A stretch of 64,000 bases of DNA, taken from contig MU004196.1 of assembly GCA_010093605.1 (NCBI GenBank), forward strand, positions 208,606 through 272,605, read 5' to 3'. Position 1 is the first letter of the stretch; the number at the start of each line of letters is the position of its first letter. The notes under the pieces are model-generated. The model had not been told where the DNA came from. It made no database searches and saw only the letters and a list, made by a program, of their open reading frames with translations. This document shows positions 50,829 to 64,000 of the stretch, one piece after another. Both the position numbers and the translations under genes were made by a program. The stretch comes from Lophium mytilinum (taxonomy: Eukaryota).

Positions 50829-51998
50829 ATGGCCGCCACCGCCAACTCCGTCTACCCCAAGAGCTATGTCGGCTTCGACAGCATCACCTCGCAGATCGAG
50901 AAGAAGCTCGTCAAGCGCGGCTTCCAATTCAACATCATCTGCGTCGGTACGTGTCATGAGGATAGCACTACTACAATCTCGCGTCTAACACCTCGCAGGC
51001 CAGACCGGACTCGGCAAATCCACCCTCATCAACACCATCTTCGCCTCACACCTGATGGACAGCAAGGGCCGCCTGTCACCCGAGGAACCCATCCGCAGCA
51101 CCACCGAGATCCAAGCTGTGTCGCACATTATCGAGGAGAACGGCGTGCGACTACGCCTCAACATTGTCGACACCCCCGGCTACGGTGACCTGATCAACAA
51201 TGAGCGCTGCTGGGACCCCATTGTCAAGTACATCAAGGACCAGCACAGCGCGTACCTGCGCAAGGAGCTGACTGCCCAGCGTGAGCGCTACCTCCAAGAC
51301 ACCCGCATTCACTGCTGCTTGTTCTTCATCCAGCCCTCCGGCCACGCCCTGAAGCCCATTGACATTGTTGTCCTGAAAAAGCTATCTGAGTTTGTCAATG
51401 TGGTCCCTGTGATTGCGAAGAGTGATTCTTTGACTCTAGAGGAGCGTGCCGCATTCAAGGAGAGGATAAAGGAGGAGTTTGCTTTCCACAACCTGAGGAT
51501 GTACCCGTATGACAACGAGGAGCACGACCAGGAGGAGGTCGCGTTGAACGCGTCCATCAAGGTAGCTCTAGCTATTAAGGCGGCCAAGTGGAACAATTGC
51601 TAATAAGAGTATAGAACATTCTCCCATTCGCCGTCGTTGGCTCCGAGAAGACCATTGTCGTTGCAGGCAAGCAGGTTCGCGGCCGCCAGAACCGTTGGGG
51701 CGTGATAAATGGTACACTTTGGATATACTTGACCGTTCGAACATGCAGCTAATACTTCCTAGTTGAGGACGAGAACCACTGTGAATTCGTCTACCTTCGC
51801 AACTTCCTCACCCGTACCCATCTGCAAGATCTCATCGAAACTACCTCGCAGATCCACTACGAGTCCTTCCGCGCCAAGCAGCTGCTTGCTCTCAAGGAAA
51901 GCTCCGCTGTCGGTGGCCACGGCTCGCGACCCATCTCCCCCAGCGCCGACCGGGAACTCAGCCGGAACAGCCAGCGTATGACGATGAATGGATACTAA
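50829..51998 (+). CDS. CDC10: Septin, Cdc10/AspD class (4 exons)
   Basis: [64 protein letters not shown]. Confidence 0.93.
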
Positions 51999-53199
51999 GC
52001 CAATACAACATCTCCCGGCGCATTGGTTAAGGTAGATGCAATGGCGGAGCTTATTACGGAGTCGGTAGGAGTGATAGTAGCAGTAGTAGTGTGATACCCG
52101 TGCATGTATTTACCAGTTTGCATGCACGACATTCAGACCGAGACAGCAGGAACACGGCTAGCGCAGGTGCTGGGGAAATTTTTGTTCTTATTCCAATTGA
52201 AGGGGGTTAAGCTTCTTTTGCTACTGGCTGCACCTTTTAGTCTCCCTTTTGTTCGTACGATTAGTGTTAGGATGGCTCATCGAGGCAGGCTGGTTTGCTG
52301 AGATGGGCTGTAGAGAGTCTTAATATCTAAAATAGGATTATTGGTTCTTTTGATGCGTATTCATATTTGAAAGTGACTGAGGATTGGTAGAAACTCCCTG
52401 GTGTCGTGTCACATCGTGATACGATATGCACGACATATGGTATGTCAAGTGATAACTCGCGACTCCATTATTTGCTGAGTAACTGACTGACTCCTGGATA
52501 CACCTTACAGGAGCTGCCGTTTATTTAGTATAAATGCATATTCATGTGCCCTGACTGGCTCGGAAGCTACTCCCCGAGGCCCGAATGTTTTCGGAGGACT
52601 TTTAATACCCCCGGAATCCGAAACAAACCTGAACTTCACCACGCACCTTTCATGAAGAACTGAGTAGCTGAGAACAAAAGTGCCTTGAAAGACTTGCATC
52701 TCATCTGAGGTTTGAGATATGTTCGGTCTACGTACTAAACGAGCCTGCGATCTTGAACACACTTTCAGAACTACCTGGGTATCAAAGGGGCCATAGGTGG
52801 TTTCCGAGTGACTCACGCTAGAGCTCGGATAAACCGACGACGACTCATCCCGATACGGCCACAACACCCCTTACAGGAGGTCAATTCACGGGGAAATCAA
52901 CGTTGATTTGCTCCGGAGAGCATATGCTAATCCAATTAACTATTTCCAAAGCCTCTCCGACCATCGGCCACTGTCTTACATCTGTTTAGTTGTAGCTACA
53001 TCGAGGGCCTTGTGTTGTTAATCAGGGCCATGATTTCTTGCCCTGCTAATTCTGAATCAGTACTGTATAGCTTCATGAAGCTTAGCCGCCGAATACCGGA
53101 AGGAGGGTGGCAAGTGGGTCGTGCTATCAGTGTTCTAAAGTTAATTGTGAATGAGTCGTCTGCTCCAGCCCACTGACATTCCCTTTTCCCACCATCACC

Positions 53200-55384
53200 A
53201 TGAAACGATTGATTCCTTCGAGCAGAATCTCAAGGTCGATTTCGACCAGTCTTCCGGCTAGGGCTTCGTTAGCAACTGCTCAAGCAACTACACCCAATGC
53301 TCCGCCAGCTATCCCTACATACATCGGCGGAGCGCAAACCAAAGAGTCAGTGTATCCTAAAAAGACTCATGAGACAGGTACTGACCGGCTTTCAGAGGCA
53401 GACCGGTCAATGCCAAGTCCAACGAGCTTTCGAATCTCCCCCAATGGCAAGATCATGCCGCGACACGGCTTTCTCAAGCATCACCGCCCCTGCGGCTAGA
53501 AACAAGATTCGTCGGCTGCAATACTGCTCAAATATTACACGACGTGATGATCGAGAATGGCGTCGAACAGATATGTAAGCTATCTATCTAGTCTTCATTA
53601 CAGCCTACCTACTAACATGTACTCAAGTTGGCTTCCCTGGGGACCTTGTATATCCCCGAGGCCACGATGCATTCGAAGCTCTTAATGACTCCACCCATAT
53701 CGAAGCCGTCTCCCCCAAGCACGAGCAAGGCGCCGGGCATATGGCCGAAGGTTACGCACGCGCTTCAGGGAAAGCTGGCGTCGTTATAATCACCTCTGGG
53801 CCAGGCGTCACTAACATGATTACGCCCATGCAAGATGCTGCATGCGATGGCACACCCATGGTCGTGTTCTGCCGACAAGCACCCTCTGGAACGTATGCGT
53901 CCGAGCAAACCGACGTCTTGGGTATCACGAAGTCTTGCACGAAATGGAACATACGCGTCAACTCGATCTGGGAGCTCCCACAAACCATCAACGAAGCCTT
54001 TCAGGTCGCTGTCAGTGGCCGCCCCGGGCCCGTCCTCGTCGAGATCCCGAACTCAGTATCTGCGGACGTACTCACACATGCAGTACCGAATGCTATCAGC
54101 AAGCCCTTCTCGAGACGCTTGCACGCTGCAACATTCAATGCGCTCACGGCTTCCAACTTTTCCCTCACTAAAGCCCTAGACCGCGTCGCGCACCTCGTCA
54201 ACATCTCAAAGAAGCCCATTCTCTACGTAGGCCAAGGCATGCTTGCTCACCCCTTCGGCTTCGACATCCTCAAGGAATTCGCCGACAAAGCCTCGATCCC
54301 CGTAACGACCTCCCTCCAAGGGCTCGGTGCCTTCGACGAGCTCGACCCCAAAGCCCTCCACATGCTCGGCCTCCACGGCTCCGGCTACGCCAACATGGCC
54401 ATGCAAGAAGCCGACCTAATAATCGCCCTCGGCGCACGCTTCGACGACCGCGTGACAGGGAACATCCCCAAATTCGCGCCTACCGCCCTCACCGCCGCGA
54501 AAAGGGGGCTCGGTGGCATCGTGCACTTCGACATCGCGCCCAAGAACATCAACAAAGTCGTCCAAGCCACCGAAGCCGTGCTCGGCGACTGCGCCGCGAA
54601 CCTCGCCGCCCTGATCCCGCGCATCAAAAGCGTCCCAGACCGCCCAGCCTGGCTCTCCCAGATCCAATCTTGGAAGAAGCGCTTCCCCTTCAACGCCTAC
54701 AGCCGCACCCGCACCCCCGGCGTCATCCAAGCCCAAGCCGTCATCGAGAAACTCTCCGACCTAACCGCCCACATGAAAGACAAAACCGTAATCACCACGG
54801 GCGTCGGCCAGCACCAAATGTTCGCCGCCCAGCACTTCCGCTGGCGCCACCCACGCACCCTCATCACCTCCGGCGGCCTAGGCACGATGGGCTACGGCCT
54901 CCCTGCCGCCATCGGCGCCAAACTCGCGCGACCCGACGCCCTCGTCGTCGACATCGACGGCGACGCGAGCTTCAACATGTCAGTCACCGAGCTCTCAACC
55001 GCAGCGCGCAACGGCATCGCCGTGAAAGTGCTGCTCTGCAACAACGACGAGATGGGCATGGTGATGGATCTGCAGCGGCTGTACTACAACGGCCGGTTTG
55101 GGCATACGAAGCAGCGGAATCCGGATTACGTGAAGGCGAGCGAGGCGTTTGGCGTGCAGGCGGATAGGTGTAGGAGGCCGGAGGAGGTGGAGGAGAAGCT
55201 GCGGTGGCTGATTGAGTGTGAGGGCCCGGCGGTGCTGGAGGTGGTGGTGGAGAAGAATAGTCCGGTGTGGCCGGTTGTGCCGGCGGGGAAGGGGTTGCAT
55301 GAGTTTGTGACGTATCCGGAGGTTGTGGAGGAGGGGGGTGGGGATGGGAAGGCGAAGGATGCTTATGATGTCTTGGAGGGATGA
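53200..55384 (+). CDS. Acetolactate synthase catalytic-subunit-like, divergent paralog (3 exons)
   Basis: HEQGAGHMAEGYARASG, TSGPG, GARFDDRVTG, TGVGQHQM, SGGLGTMGYGLPAAIGA, DIDGDASFNM; N-terminus resembles a mitochondrial presequence. Confidence 0.88.
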
Positions 55385-56669
55385 GGTGGGTTGGGTTGGG
55401 GGCGTCTAGGTTGTAAAAGTTTACGGTATATCATGAGTCTTGGTAGGTGGTAGGATTGTTTCGTGGAACAGTTGAGTGATATCAATATTGAAGGGAAAGG
55501 CCATAGTACTGCTGGTACTCACACAATTGACCCTGTCTATTGGTTCAGAGTGAAAAGTCTCCTGAGCCCCTGTCTACACCGTCACGGGATTTATTACTAA
55601 TCACGAGACCACTCCCATCCCTCGGCCCCTCGCTGGTATAAAACCTCACCTCGCCCACTGCTCCAGCCTTCTTTCTCACAGGACCTCGTGTATGGGGATT
55701 TTGGGACACCTTGGCTGTTCAACTCTTGCAGACGAACGTATTATGAGCGCTGGGAGGGTGGTGGATCAAAATGTGCTCTGATGAAATGTGATGTTGGCTC
55801 AGTGGGAGGAGGAGAGTGGTGTGGTGGACTAAATCGATGAAGTGATGATGGAGTTTATCTTTCTGGTATTGAGCTGGTAGAACGTAGAATGAGGCCTTAT
55901 CGTTGAGCTCTATCAGCGTGGTCTGGCAGGGCGGGATAGCGACTCATATAGATAGTGGTGGGCAGTATCGAACAGGGTCGCTTTAGCCACCACTCCATGA
56001 GATCCAGGACTCGAAGTTGTCGAAACCCACAATGCCATACTTGTCGAAGTCGGCGTTGTTTACACAGCCCCGGGCAGTCTCTCTCCATATCATCTTTGAT
56101 GACCGCCTGTTGATCACCTCGCCGCATTGTACCGCTGCTCCATGGTCCAGTGTTGAGGACGCGGAGGATGGTTTATACTTAGTTCGCAAGACGAAGGCAC
56201 GTGCTTAGCAAGCTGATCACGCGCTGCTGCTTATTAAGATTGGGCACGAGTATTTACAGAGGCAGGTCCCGCAGGAAAATGAGGTATACATATTTCCAGG
56301 AGGTTGGAAAAGTGATCTGAATCCCCTCGCTTACTACCGTGTGGGGTGCTACAGTGAGCTGTGAAGTCACTGAAGGACATGTAAGATCTTCAATCGTGTC
56401 ATTTAGAGCAGTTTTAATTTGATATGGGATGACTGAGCTCGCTGCTGTCCCGGCTGCCGAGTGATTAAGAAAAAGGGGAAATATGGTGGAAACAACGGTG
56501 AAAAGGTGTATACGAATTCATGTGCGAGCACTATGCGCAGGTTTGATTATGGCTTGAAGTGTCGACATGAAAGCGAAATCTTAAAACTCATCTACTTTTC
56601 GAACCGTGGTATATGCGAGTGCTCCGAGCAGACTCAGCTCTTTATTATACGCCTCGCCGGGTGCAGCCT

Positions 56670-57335
56670 CTAGTCCTTCTTCGCCTCCTCCTTGGTATCC
56701 CATTCCCCATCCACTATAGCGCTCCTGACCTTCTCATATGCCTTATCCAGATCATCGTTGACCACCACCTTGTCATGCGGCGCCTCTTCACTCACCGCAA
56801 ACGCCATCTCTACCTTCGCCTGTTTCAACCTCTTCAAAACCGCCTCCTCCTTATCTGTTCCCCGCCCCCTCAATCGCGTCTCCAGTACCTCCAGGCTTGG
56901 CGGTTGCAGAAACAAAAACTTCGGCTTCGGGAAAAATGGATGGCTGGCCACCTGCTTCACGCCCTCCATCTCGATATCCAGTATACACACCTTCCCTTCC
57001 TCCGCGATCTTCTGCACCGCCGCAATCGACGTGCCGTAGCTGTTCCCGCCGAACGTCGCGCTCTCCACAAAGCCACCTTTCTTAACCAGGTCGTCGAAGA
57101 ACTCACGCGTTACGAAGTGGTAGTGTTCACCATCTTTTTCGCCCGCTCGCGGTGAACGTGTGGTGTGGGAAACGCTGAAGCCGAACTTGCCGTCGTACTC
57201 GGCGAAGAGACGCTTGAGGATTGTGGATTTGCCGGAGCCTGAGGGGCCGGATATGACGATGGGTTGGTGGGCGGCGAGGGCGGCGCGGTCGATCTGGGGA
57301 GGGGTGGTGGCATCCTTGGGATCGATGGGGGCCAT
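56670..57335 (-). CDS. GUK1: Guanylate kinase (in-frame upstream ATG at 57593)
   Basis: PIVISGPSGSGKST, FSVSHTTRSPRAGEKDGEHYHFV, YGTS, LDIEMEGV, RLRGRGTD, VVNDDLDKAY. Confidence 0.95.
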   Translation of the reverse strand: MAPIDPKDATTPPQIDRAALAAHQPIVISGPSGSGKSTILKRLFAEYDGKFGFSVSHTTRSPRAGEKDGEHYHFVTREFFDDLVKKGGFVESATFGGNSYGTSIAAVQKIAEEGKVCILDIEMEGVKQVASHPFFPKPKFLFLQPPSLEVLETRLRGRGTDKEEAVLKRLKQAKVEMAFAVSEEAPHDKVVVNDDLDKAYEKVRSAIVDGEWDTKEEAKKD

Positions 57336-58211
57336 GGCGAGAGGTATAGAAGAGCTGAAGGGCTTATGGAGGATGGAGGAGCTGATAGACACGCTGGAGC
57401 GGTGGAATGGCAAGGAAGTGGGAAGGGTGGTTGTAATAAGGATGTGGTCGAAGGCCCGCTTTAGCGGTGAGGGGTGGGTGAGGTAGCTCTGGGTTCGTAC
57501 CGCGTATGGGGTATTTCGAGCTCTGAAAGAGGTTGAAATAGACGGGGAGAGACGCTTTTCGACTGCTTGGGCTTTGCGTAAACTCAATGGCATCGGTTGA
57601 TTGCGTGGAAGTAGTCACAGTGTTTGGTTGTGAGTGGTACCGAGACTATTTGGTGGGATGAGGTGCGGGCGCGGCCACGTGACCTTGACACCTCCGACGT
57701 CTATTCCTTCTTCCGCAGCTCTCATCTATATTTCTCCCTATCTATCTCCTTTGGCACAATCGAACTCATCTCACATCGACGTCATTCAAGGGATACAATA
57801 CTTGAAAACTATTCTCAACGCCGACAACAGTCACATGGTTCATGGGAATCTACTGCGTCTCGATGACCCATATGTATCGCAAGTTACAGAAAACATTTTT
57901 AATCATATACCCGCATTTAAGCTCTTTAAATTGCGAAATGGCCTCTATCACACTTGCGATATAACAACGCTTATGATTTACACATGCCATATGTTTCGCG
58001 CTAGTTTGCTCAACCTTGCCATTGGTTTAGCAACATGCAGCTCAGCCTCAGCCTTGTCTTTGGCATTCCTCTTCACATCTTGCGTTTTTTCCTTCAAGCT
58101 GCCCTGGACTGAGTCTCCATTTAGTCTCTACCACAAAGACGGCCTTGACGCACACACGAAAGAAAGCCAATGCTGCATCCCCCGCTCCCCCCTATTCCCT
58201 CCTCGGCCACA

Positions 58212-59966
58212 ATGAGCGGGAACGAACCCTTGAAGCCGCAACTTTCGAGAGCACTCGCGTTGGCGAGTACTGCAGTCTTACAAGATAATGCACAGAATTT
58301 CGAAGGGGCCCTGGCGGCGTATGAGGAGTCGTGCAAGCTGTTGCAGGACGTTATAAGGAGGAGTGCGGCCGCGGAGGATCGACGGAAGCTAGAACTAATT
58401 GTAAGGAGGTCGCGACGATTATATTGCATCACTGATCATAACTTGATATAGCGCAAGACTTATACTACCCGCATAGAGGAATTACAACAGCATTTGGAAA
58501 TCACCGAGGCAGTCACAATAACGTCTTCTAGAGATGACTGGCCTTTTAGTGGTACTGAGCCCAGCCCACCTTTGACTGGCACGAGCGTCGGAAGCGCGAA
58601 GACTCAAAGCATGGACCAATATATCAGCAGTCTAAAGGAAGCTAATCTCCATGCTCGACAACATGCCGAGGGAGGACGCGATGATAATCGCACTCCGAAT
58701 GATAATCGCACTCCGAAACTAGAGGCTCCACGCCCTCTGACTTCGAAATTTATTCCCGTCATAGAAGACCGATATGCAGGGCACAACACCTACGCCAACA
58801 GGGCGGAAGTACCATATAAACACCTGGAGGTTCTAGGCCGTGGGAACTATGGCCTCGTCGACAAGGTCGAAAGAACATTACCACTCTCAGACTGGGACAC
58901 GCCTGGAATATACGCAAGAAAAGTTATTCGCACTGGCTACTCCCGTGCCGCTAGACAGCAAGAGCGGATAATGTCAGAAATTAACATAGTTCGAAAACTA
59001 AGACACAGCCACGTCGTAGAATTGGTCGAGACCTATCAAGCTGGCCTTGAATTTGGCATTATCATGAGCCCAGCCGCTGAAATGGATCTGAAAGAGTTCC
59101 TCGCTCACGCTCACGAAGACGAGGCTATCGTGCACAGGACCGACAGTTGTCTGCTATCCTGGATAGACTGTATTGTTAGTGCGGTCTCTTACATCCATTA
59201 CCAACGCGTACGCCACAAGGATCTCAAACCGGCCAACATCCTGGTGCGTGGGAAGGGAATCTTCATTACAGACTTTGGCATATCAAAAGATCTCATCGGC
59301 GAAACGACAGGGTCGGTGGGTGACCCTAGCGAACGATCACCGATGTACTGTGCACCGGAGAGCAACGTCGAAGGCGAGCGCCGAGGCCGCTCTGCGGACA
59401 TGTTTTCTCTGGGATGCATTATCCTTGAGATGCTAACCGTCCTCATGGGAGAATCTTTGGGGAACTTCGAGGACTACCGCATCACCGACCATTCACGTGC
59501 TTACGCTGCCAACCACAAGAAGAACTATCTTTGGATGATCGAGCTCAAAAACAAATACCATATCAAGAACCCTAAGACATATCCATATATGTCTCATAGC
59601 GCCCGCATAAGCACGAAACTCGCGATAGTAGCAGCACTCCTTGACTTAGACCCGGATGATCGACCCAGGGCGTCTGAACTGGACGGATACAACGGAGCCG
59701 GAGCGTGCGACGGAATTGCGTCGTGTTTCCCGTACCAGGATCGCGATGGCCTCGTGTCGTTTGAGAGCCTGAAGTGGCCATATTCCGCCTCCTTGGAGGA
59801 CGACGAACTACCACAGACGGTCCGCGATAAGAGATGGCTTGACAGGCGTTATCTTACCCAACGACACGTAGTACTCAAGCATGTGGATCTAGATCCGCCC
59901 GTCACCATTAAAGAATTTTCGCCAGAAGAATGGTTGGAAAATTATAAACACCTTGACCCATCCTGA
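58212..59966 (+). CDS. MIT-like domain plus Ser/Thr kinase (~567 aa; intron 58401-58451)
   Basis: LSRALALASTAVLQDNAQNFEGALAAYEESCKLLQDVI...RRKLELI/RKTYTTRIEEL; GRGNYG, RHKDLKPAN, DFG, APE, DMFSLG. Confidence 0.8.
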
Positions 59967-60559
59967 ATGCTGCCATAAGATCGGCCCGCAACTCGTGCCT
60001 ACGAGCTGCTGGTTTTACCACTAGATTAAGTCGTCTCGACCAGACGTCAGCTCTGGATTCCATCCCAGGACGGCACTTATATTCAAGGTTCCTGGTCTTA
60101 TCTACACTTGCCCACAACCTTTTGAGGTCTTCTAGGCCATTATGCGAAGCTCCAAAGCGACCGTTTTGGGAAGCGTCACAGCGGGCCGGGCCAACCCCAA
60201 CGACGTTGGACTGTTGTCGAGGAAGGACGAGTGAGATGGCTAGCCCGAGCCTTCGTGCCAAACCCACATACCACAACGGTACCGCAACTCACTTGACACT
60301 CACACCAGCTCATATCAGATCAGACCACGAAACTTCATGCCATTTACGAGCGATCCACAAATATGGCCAGCCCTTTCCTAACCACCCGCCCAACCAAAGC
60401 CGCTCTTAAACATGACTTCATGAAAGGCAGTGTATGAACCCATCCCAGTATCCCTATCCTGGTTCCAATCCCAAATGCGCGCAGAAAACGACTGATGCTA
60501 TGATACATTCCGATCTCGATGAAGCACCTTCAACGCGCTTCATAGACAAGATACTACTT

Positions 60560-62751
60560 CTACCCAAGCCCCAACCCTTTCGCGCCCCCATCCGGCGTTA
60601 TGGGCGTCTTCAAATCTGCAGCTTTACTTCCTCTCCGTGAGCTAGCGCCAGGTACGCTTTCCTGCGCTGCTTCTTGCTCGAGGTAGCTCGACCACAGCTC
60701 GGCGAGCGTTTCTTTGCTGGTGGAGCTGTTGGCGGAAAGAAGGGTGTCGGTGGTAAGAGATGGGGTGGAGGGGGTGCGGCGGAAGGGCGAGAGGGGAATG
60801 CGGAGGGAGCCTGTCAATGAGGAAGCGCCGGGTCGGGCGAGACCGGCTTGTTCGCGTTGTTCTGAGGAGACTTGTTAGCCTACTTTGGGGTGCACGCGAG
60901 AAGCTGGGGAAAGGTACCATCTGTCCACTTCAAGAGAGCGGAGATGAGGTTTAGCGCCTCGAATTTCTTGGGGTCGGAGCGGTCTATAGCAAGGAAGTGT
61001 AGGAGGTAGTTTGTCACGATTTGCCTAGTCTGATGTGAGTGGGGAATTCTTGATAACGCATGGCCTGAGAGGTGTACCTATCGACGTTGTCCTCGGGTTT
61101 CCCCTTTTTCAACATCCGCAACGCTTTCGTGAGGTGATCGTTCAATGTGACAGCTTCATGCCGAAGTTTTCCAATGAGGAGGTTCTTCTCCTTGACCTCC
61201 TTCTCAAAGGGCAATGCGCGCTCGAGCTCCTTTTGCGTGGTCTCAAGAGCTGTTCGTGACAGATCAGCGGCTGTTTCTGCGGCTTGTAGTTGCTTCCGGA
61301 GTTCGTCGAGTTGAGTTTGCGCTTGCTCAACCAGTTCTCTCCGTTCTGTTTTCCGGGCTGCGTATTTGAATTAGCCAAGACTTCGTGACATAAGGCCAAA
61401 AATAATATCCCACCATTTTGAACCTCCTGAAGCGCCCTCTGCAGCCCATCCACGGTCAAACTCTGCGTATCCCGCTCACTAGACGCTTTCTCATAGGCCT
61501 CTCTTTGCGAGTTTAACTGCTCCTCTAGCTCTGTAACTCGATCACTAAGACTCTCTCTTAATGATCTCTCATCCATAGCTAAGACTTCCCAATCCTGCAT
61601 CGCCTGCTTAGCATTCTCAAACTCCTCTCGTGCGAAGGCTTCCCGCCCAATCAGCTCGTCTCTCTCTTTGATCCAATTCTGCTGTGATAGACTCGCTCGG
61701 CTGCGTAAATTCGCAATCTCTGATGCTTGTGTTTCGGCCTCTGTGCGGAGGTCGTTGATATCTGAATTTAGCGTCAAATTCGCCTCTTGCATGGCTCTGT
61801 TCTCTGATTCCAGCTCCTCGATTTGGCCGCGGGCCTGTTCCAGCGATTCCTACGTCATGTCAGCAGTGCCAGCACTGTACCACCTCATATACGCCGAGAC
61901 TCCGCACCACCCCCTTTCAACACCATCCTACGAATAAATGTGACCCACCTTATCCGACTGTAACCGTCCCTCCAGACTCCTCTTGATCCCATTGATCTTC
62001 CCTAACAGGTTCCGATATTGCTCTTCTGCATTTTCCCGTCCCTCATTACTTTCATCCAACTGCTCCTTCAGCCCTCCAATCTCTTCCTCATGCTTTTCCT
62101 GTATACTCTCCAAACCTCGCCGTAGCTCGGCCACCTCCGCGCGTAAAGAATCACGCTCTTGCGCCAGCGCCTCTAGCCTTGATTCCGTGTCCGCTGTCGG
62201 GGGAGATGAGGAGGATTGCTGCCGGCTGCGCGCCATAGCAGCGGCAACGGCATTGGAGATACCACTGGGAGGGGGACTTGTAGTGCCATTTGTGAGGGTG
62301 TGCGAGGGGGTGTCTGGTTCGGAGTCGGGGTCATGGTCGTGGTTATTTGGGGTCGGTTTCTACAAGGCCTTTAGCTGCTTCTTCTTTCCCATAGACTAGA
62401 GAGTATAGGGAAGGGTTTGTAGATAGAGCAAACACGCACACTTATTGTTTCCGCCTCTTCATCCTCCTCCTGTATCTCCGGCTCTGGTGTCTCGGGCACG
62501 CTGTTCCCATTCACGCTCTCCTCCACCTTCGCGCCCGCTCCACCACCTCCACCGCCGGCGCCCTTCTTCTTCTTGCTCTTCTTCTTGGATTTGGAACTCG
62601 GCACTGTCCACTCTTATCAGCATTGGTCTTTCAAGATCTCGATATAAGCTTCCGAGCCTTCCCCAGCCCTCCCTTGCCCGGTCTTAGAGTAAGAAGTGGC
62701 ATACGTACCATGAGCATTCTCCACCAGATCCGCTGAGCCGGGGGCGGACAT
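60560..62751 (-). CDS. Coiled-coil Golgi matrix protein with GRAB domain (Rud3-like), multi-exon
   Basis: Long coiled coil; EVKEKNLLIGKLRHEAVTLNDHLTKAL...NVDR, DPKKFEAL, ETLAELWSSYLEQE. Confidence 0.8.
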
Positions 62752-63437
62752 TGTGACTAGACTGATTCCAGACCGCGGGAGTTGATCGAGGGGTAAAGCT
62801 GTGGAACGCGTGGGGTAAGGTATGGGAAGCGTGGTGTTTAGTTAATTCATTGGTACCCTCGACTTGGCGTCGTGGCCGTTAATCTCAGACGGGGATCATG
62901 ACGGAAGCTACGCAGCGGTACCAAATGTACCCAGGCTCAAAATCAACCACTCAGGAGCATGCATATATTTGCAAAGCCCAAAGGGTTAAGAGCTGTTCTG
63001 GACCGATCTGATTATTTAGAGATAGCGGAGTTGTACCCCACCAATGGCGGTTGATTTGGAATACTTCGAGTACTGGAACTGAAACCCCTCATCCTTCGAC
63101 CCGATGCGGGAACTAATGCACTTGAGCACCATCATCTGGCTCCCGCTGAAGCTATTTGCGGGGTAGTTTGTAGCCAATACTGTCAACCGATTATACTCCT
63201 AGGCGTTTCATAGGTTGCGGAGTGTCTTTGTTCATGTCTACGGCCAGATGGAGGGTCCAAATAAAGTTATGAAGCTCTATAGTAGCCAGACCCCTCATGG
63301 TGTAGACGTCATCATGGATAGATATATAATTTACAATTGGCGATTCCACTCATTTAATTGCAATATCGATGTCTTCATTCTTGACAGTAAACTCTGAATT
63401 CTCCCTCTCATCCAACCCTCCTGCACCATACACCGCC

Positions 63438-64000
63438 ATGGCTGACCTCTCCAACCGCCCCTACATCCATTGGAACGACCCCAATGTCGAAAAGATTCCG
63501 CCAAATGAAGCCGAGGACATTCAAGCTGTGGCAGACATGATCAATCTGATCCAGAAAACCCACTATAACAAGACGAGACACGCGTATGGAGGAACACACG
63601 CTCGCACCCAAGGCGTCGTCAAAGGGACCTTCGTGGTCCCTGATGACCTCCCGAAACATCTCAAGCAGACCGAGCTATTCGAGAAGGGTGGAGAGTATCA
63701 ATGTATTTGCAGGTACAGCAGTGAGCCCGGTGATCCAGGCCTTGACGTAAGTCAACCGGGCGTTTGAGATTTAGGAAAGGGGTAATCTTGGGGATGAGAC
63801 TCATGATACTGAGGAAGAAGAATTGGTAATTACCATGAAACAGCTAACAAACCTCCCAGGATCGCATTCCTCAACCACGCGGCTTCGCCATGAAACTATT
63901 TGACGTCCACGGCAAGATGTTCTCCGGTTTTGATTGGCCAACGCAAGACATCGAGTTCAACTCCACCCCGGCTCTCGACCTTGCCGACGCAAAGACAACA
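63438..64000 (+). CDS. Heme catalase-like protein, 5' part (runs off window edge)
   Basis: THARTQGVVKGTF, RYSSEPGDPGLD/DRIPQPRGFAMKLF...TQDIEFNS. Confidence 0.8.

Noticed and set aside
58683..58717. 18-bp tandem duplication (DNRTP twice) in the kinase linker
   Set aside because: Ordinary in-frame slippage in a disordered region.

Overview
Gene-dense, intron-containing filamentous ascomycete (Pezizomycotina, probably Dothideomycete-like) DNA. Mostly housekeeping genes: VTC1 (5' part), Tctex-1 dynein light chain, two tandem BTB genes, ALG10, PSF2, a CDC25-type Ras GEF, a CHY/RING (Pirh2-like) gene, RPL31, a Zn2Cys6 factor next to a QutR-like dehydroquinase/shikimate dehydrogenase gene, a steroid 5-alpha-reductase-like gene, SKI8, MRPL32, septin CDC10, a divergent acetolactate synthase, GUK1, a RUD3-like golgin and a catalase-like gene (5' part). 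The most striking feature is a tRNA-Arg(UCU) gene with an intact cloverleaf that is interrupted in the T arm (G53/T54) by a 55-nt intron with spliceosomal signals (GTATGT...TACTAAT...TAG). Other notable items: an accessory island (37.3-47.9 kb) with a homeodomain/zinc-finger/non-RD kinase fusion, two nucleotidyltransferase-fold genes and a Fig1-like membrane gene; a MIT-kinase fusion; a candidate intronic H/ACA RNA; and a TA-flanked MITE. All calls were made by eye; no database searches or folding programs were run.
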